The notes under the pieces were generated by a model, which had not been told where the DNA came from, searched no databases, and worked only from the letters and a program-made list of their open reading frames with translations. Below are positions 35,345 through 40,039 of a stretch of DNA of 40,039 nt, one piece after another. Location of the stretch: positions 1 through 40,039 of the forward strand of contig JAUCBJ010008530.1 in NCBI GenBank assembly GCA_032718475.1, read 5' to 3'. The translations under genes were made by a program, and so were the position numbers. The stretch's first letter is position 1; every line of letters starts with the position of its first letter. The DNA is from Nemertoderma westbladi. Taxonomy: Eukaryota; Animalia; Xenacoelomorpha.

Positions 35345-35640
35345 AGGATTAAGGAAACTGCTGCGTAAGAGTCAAAACGGATTTCGACCAAATAGATCAA
35401 CAATAGGTCAGATACGGAGACTTATTTGAGGAAATTAAGTCAAGGAATCTCCTCGCAGTCCGGACCTGTGGACTTCAAGAAGGCATTAGACTCCATCCAT
35501 AGAGGTAAAATGATGGATGGAATACCAGTAAAATGATGGAAATCCTAAGAGCTTATGGAATACCAGTAAAATGATGGAAATCCTAAGAGCTTATGGAATA
35601 CCAGTAAAATGATGGAAATCCTAAGAGCTTATGGAATACT
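35345..35640 (+). mobile_element. RTE-like RT fragment ending in a 38-bp tandem triplication
   Basis: Translates LLRKSQNGFRPNRST...VDFKKALDSIHRGKMM..EILRAYGIP. The unit TACCAGTAAAATGATGGAAATCCTAAGAGCTTATGGAA starts at 35523, 35561 and 35599. Confidence 0.8.
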
Positions 35641-37031
35641 ATAAGTAATCGTTGTTGCGCGCACTTGGTGTAGAACTTTTGCAGTTCGAAGCAAAAGGTA
35701 ATAATCGGTATCTGATTGGTTGTCGATGTCTGGTTGCAGGTATCGTTGTTGTATGTAAATGTAAACAAGACAGAACCGACAGACAAACAGACTAGAATCC
35801 ATCAAATATTATAACTGACCACGAAAACCCCCGTAAATACAATTTTAGCTCGGTGTTGTGCTTCCTTCGTGACATACATTATTAACCAACCGCACCACAG
35901 ACAGGCAGCTTTGTGCGGGAGGGTTTGAACTTTGAAGTCGGAGTGACATTTTTTCACCCAAAAAAACTAGGAAGGTTCTTAAAGAGCAACGCGACCGAAC
36001 ACAGTCGAAAATAGAAAGAGCAAAAAAACACCGGGCACCAAATTTTAGCTAAAATTAGCCATGCATTGATTTTCTATAAGTAAATTTCCGAAATTATTGA
36101 ATAAAATCGTCGCGAAAATAAATATTCATTTCTTGTATTTCTTATAGCAAGCCTACAACTAATAATTTAACCTAGTAGTTTGCCTAAGTTAAGTGTGGAT
36201 AGCACCTGGCCAGAGATCATTCAAATTTAAGATTAATTCAAATTTACTTGATATTCACTTGGAATTGTTCATAGTTGCTAAGAGACAATGTAATAATTAA
36301 TATTATTATCTGTTAATTACATACATTATTGTACATACATTACATACATATACTAGAATTTACCGGTGTTAGCTAGTAGTTTACCCCACTCACGCCTGGT
36401 TGCTGGCGTTATATTGGTTCCAAGGCAAGCAAAGCTTGAATTTGATCTATTCATATTATTATTACGTTCTCCAAACTTAGTAATGATTTAGATCTGGGGT
36501 CTAGTTATGCATGTTATATTCTGGAGCACTGTTGTGGCACATGTACAGTAGCACAGTGCAGTAAAAATTTGTCAAAACCTAATAGGCAATTATTTTAGTA
36601 AGTAAATAATGCTCTAGAACAAAAATAAATATTTAAATTTTAGAGAAATCTAACTACGCTTCACTAGCACATTAAAATAGTTAATAGTTTACAAAAATAA
36701 GAATTCATAACTGACTATTTATTAGTAAAACTTGAGTTACTTGTAGCAAGTTGTCTAGAACAAGAAAGTTTAATTAAAAGAGCAGTTTACTTGTTCATGG
36801 ATCGGCACTCTTGTCAAGCAAAAGGGTCCCAAAATGAGGTTTTTTCTAATGCAAATTTTATACTTGGAAATACATTATAAATTGTTTCTATCATGTTATA
36901 CTGTATTTCTGTTCTAGAAAATAAGTAGATATGTTTTTTTTATGGTAGCTATTGTTTTTTTTTACTAGCTAGTATTTATTGAAATTCTAAAAAAAAATTA
37001 AAAACTGGAGAAGTTCTTAATTGTCTAATGA

Positions 37032-37277
37032 ATGAATCACCTTTCACCAGAACATGCTTCACATGTTTTAGATAGTGGTGCTCTACTTCACAGGGTACGG
37101 TGGATACCAAAAGCTATGTACAGAGATAGAGTTGCTCAATATCTGAAATATATTGAAGCAAACTATGGCCCATCTAACATTGTCTTTGATGGATACAAAG
37201 CGGGCCCATCAATAAAAGACCAAGAACATCAGCGACGGGCAAGGAAAACATCTGCCAGCCAACATTCAAATTCGTGA
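37032..37277 (+). mobile_element. XPG/FEN1(PIN)-like nuclease fragment, probably from an Academ-type DNA transposon
   Basis: HVLDSGALLHRVRW...IVFDGY..GPSIKDQEHQRR resembles the XPG N-domain motifs (D, VFDG, K..E..RR). It is an isolated fragment in AT-rich DNA. Confidence 0.5.
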
Positions 37278-38158
37278 TGACTTGCAAGTAGCCGTCAAGG
37301 CCCCGGTAGAGCTACATGGACATAATTTTTATATTGCCTTGTTAAAGCAACTTCTCATTGTCAGAAACGACCATAACTTTGTATGAAGGTCAATGGAAGA
37401 TTTGTAATGATGAATAAAAATAAAAAAATAAAATTTTTCAAAAATTTGGAAAAATATTGACAAATTTTTGGACAAAAATCCAAAAATCTTCAGCAGATTC
37501 AATCTTTAGTATTTTTCTTTCTAATTTTTTAAATCGTATCAAAAATGTTTGTATGCTCTTTCGATATCTCGAAGTAAAATTTCGAAAATTAATTAACAAT
37601 TGTCATTTTGGTGCTGTTTTTTGTTTTGTTTATTGTTTAATTTGGACAAATTAAAAATTATCAATATTTTATTCAATTTTGGCCATTTAATTACATATTG
37701 GAATAAAACAATCAGAATTCTAATGAATTCACAATTATAATGGCTGAAATATTTTTTTAAGACAAATTATTAAATTTTATTTATAATATTCACAATTAAT
37801 ATTAACAAAAATAACATATTTTACTTTAACTCTTTTCTAATAACATTATTATATTTATTTATCTATTTATTAACAATCATTATTTATAAATAACATTAAT
37901 AGTTTATTTAAGTAAAATTAATTATTACAGGTGTGGTTTAATAAACGGTGTATAGATACAATTGTTCCACTAATAATGGGTGATATTATTTATTATAATA
38001 ACTTTGGTTCATGATAAACTCTAGGTATATTACAGTATACATTTTTCAATATTTATATTATAAATTGATTTATATTTAATAATTATTATATTTTTGGTTT
38101 AATAAACTATGATTCCTTCAATTTATTAATATTAATAGCGGGAATAGGAGTTACCATG

Positions 38159-38545
38159 GTAGGAGTAGGGGTGGTCCCTTTGCCACAAGATAGCGAAATC
38201 GATGGTTGATATGGTGGTTGCCATAGTAACTGAGACTTGAAAATATTATCAATGAATTCTCCGTTGGCGGTATAGTGGGGGTAGGAGTTGGTCCTGTTGC
38301 CTCAAGATGGCCAAATCGATGGTTGGTATGGTGTATCTACCGGTTGCCTTGGTAACTGAGAATTGAAAATATGTTCAATGAATTCTCCGTTGGCGATATA
38401 GTGGGGGTAGGAGTTGGTCCTGTTGCCTCAAGATGGCCAAATCGATGGTTGGTATGGTGTATCTACCGGTTGCCTTGGTAACTGAGAATTGAAAATATGT
38501 TCAATGAATTCTCCGTTGGCGATATAGAGGGGGTAGGAGCTAGCC
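38159..38545. repeat. 126-bp tandem repeat, ~3 copies
   Basis: GTAGGAGTTGGTCCTGTTGCCTCAAGATGG at 38281 and 38407. The flanking copies are more diverged. Confidence 0.9.
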
Positions 38546-38954
38546 CAGTTGCTTTAAATGTAATTATATCTATTCTTATGTCGGTTACTATGGAAACGGG
38601 ATTTGTGAGAGTTGCCCACCATATTGAAGAGAAGACTTTTCAGATTTAGAAAGAGGGGATCCTAGCGATTCGAACCATACCAAATATAGCTTGGTAATAT
38701 TTTTTTCCGGGTATATTGTCTTATCGACCAGACTATAAAGCTTTGCAGCTTATTTCCAAGGGGGTCCTTTATGTTACTTGGTTACAAATACAATATTACA
38801 CTACGCTAACCTAAAACCAATATAAAACGTAATTACACTATGTACATGTACAACTTTACCGAGAGCGTGACAATGTCCGACTCAACGATAAAGATGTAAT
38901 GTACAGAACAATTTATTATATAACGTAATTACAGTATAAATAGTAAATAATTAA

Positions 38955-39105
38955 TAAACTAATAACTTACTGTAGGACTATTGTACCTATTTTTACATTG
39001 CACACGGAGATGAGATTTAACTGCAGATTTAAAAGAATGTTGATTATCTAGGTTTTTAATTTCATTAGGCAGACCGTTCCAATTTTTAATAGTGTTAAAA
39101 AAGGG
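38955..39105 (-). mobile_element. LINE (CR1/L2 group) ORF2 C-terminal remnant
   Basis: FFNTIKNWNGLPNEIKNLDNQHSFKSAVKSHL matches the W-N-x-L-P...SFK C-terminal motif. Confidence 0.6.
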
Positions 39106-39110
39106 AAGCA

Positions 39111-40039
39111 GGACAATTCGGTCCCGGAAAATTCGGTCCGGACAATTCGGTCCCGGACAATTCGGTCCCATTAATTTATTATTATTATTAATTAATTATT
39201 AATTTTGTGTTTCGGGACCGAATTGTCCGGGACCGAATTTTCCGGATTCTGACTAGGACAATTCGGTCCCAAAACATGCATATTTTTAATGGGACCGAAT
39301 TGTCCGGGACCAAATTTAATTGGTACTATATAATGATGAATGTTCTAGAACCTTAATATATATTATTATATGGTAGCTAGTGTTTTTTTACTAGCTACAG
39401 TAGTTTTTTTTTGAAAATAAAAAAAATTTTACATTTTTTTGTTAACATTATTAGTTATGGTAGCTATGGTGTTTTTATGGAGGTTGTAAATTATTTACTA
39501 GCTAGTAATAATATGTATTTAAAATGTTTAAAACTGATTGTGTTGTTCAGTTGTTGGTTGGTTAACAAGCTTAAATTATTATCCTAGATAATAGCTGGAT
39601 CTCATTCAGGGACTGTTATAATACTATCAATAGTTTTGGTAATTACTGTAATATAATCAGCAACAGTTTAGGCCTAATTCTGAAATATCAATTTTTTCAC
39701 AAGTTTTTTTATAACTTCAAGGAAATGCTAGCTAGTAAAAAAAACACTAGCTACACCTTAATAAATAATATATAATAATGTTCTCGAACACTTACAATAA
39801 CAAAAATAAAAAAAATACAGTATTTTTAAAATTTCAAAAAATTCTAGCAAGTGAATAACACTAGCTACCATAAAAAAATATCTATACTAATGTTCTAGAA
39901 CATTCACCAATATCAAAAAAGCACTAAAAAGGTTGCTATCAGGAACCGGACAATTCGGTCCTAGGACAATTCGGTCCCGGAAAATTCGGTCCCATTTATT
40001 TAGTGTTTTGGGACCGAATTGTCCGGGACCGAATTGTCC
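39111..40039. mobile_element. Foldback/MITE-like element built from GGACAATTCGGTCCC units in both orientations; runs off the window
   Basis: Direct and inverted clusters lie at 39111-39312 and 39948-40039. Internal AT-rich segments are mutually inverted (tggtagctagtgtttttttactagcta vs tagctagtaaaaaaaacactagcta). Confidence 0.65.

Overview
This is AT-rich, repeat-laden nuclear DNA from an animal, most likely an invertebrate; it is not prokaryotic. Three protein-coding genes are supported. (1) A minus-strand two-domain Kazal protease inhibitor with four identified exons (5559-6733), including 30-bp and 28-bp micro-exons that the ORF track misses. (2) A four-exon PRC1/MAP65-ASE1 gene (17027-30195, 700 aa when spliced), with introns 2 and 3 inflated by three different satellites. 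(3) An intronless serine palmitoyltransferase subunit SPTLC1/LCB1 (33157-34677). The rest is satellites (10, 14, 19, 31, 39 and 126 bp units) and mobile-element debris: a 5'-truncated Penelope-like element with nested inverted repeats, RTE- and CR1-like LINE pieces, PIF/Harbinger- and hAT-type MITEs with target-site duplications (TSDs), a hAT transposase fragment, an XPG-like fragment and tRNA-derived SINE heads. Most long ORFs in the track are translations of tandem repeats. I cannot support a wholly new multi-gene system here. The most unusual observations are a relic signal-peptide exon inside the Kazal gene, a 148-bp higher-order satellite unit, an excess of TA-N3/4-TA palindromes resembling transposon footprints, and the doubly inverted Penelope insertion.
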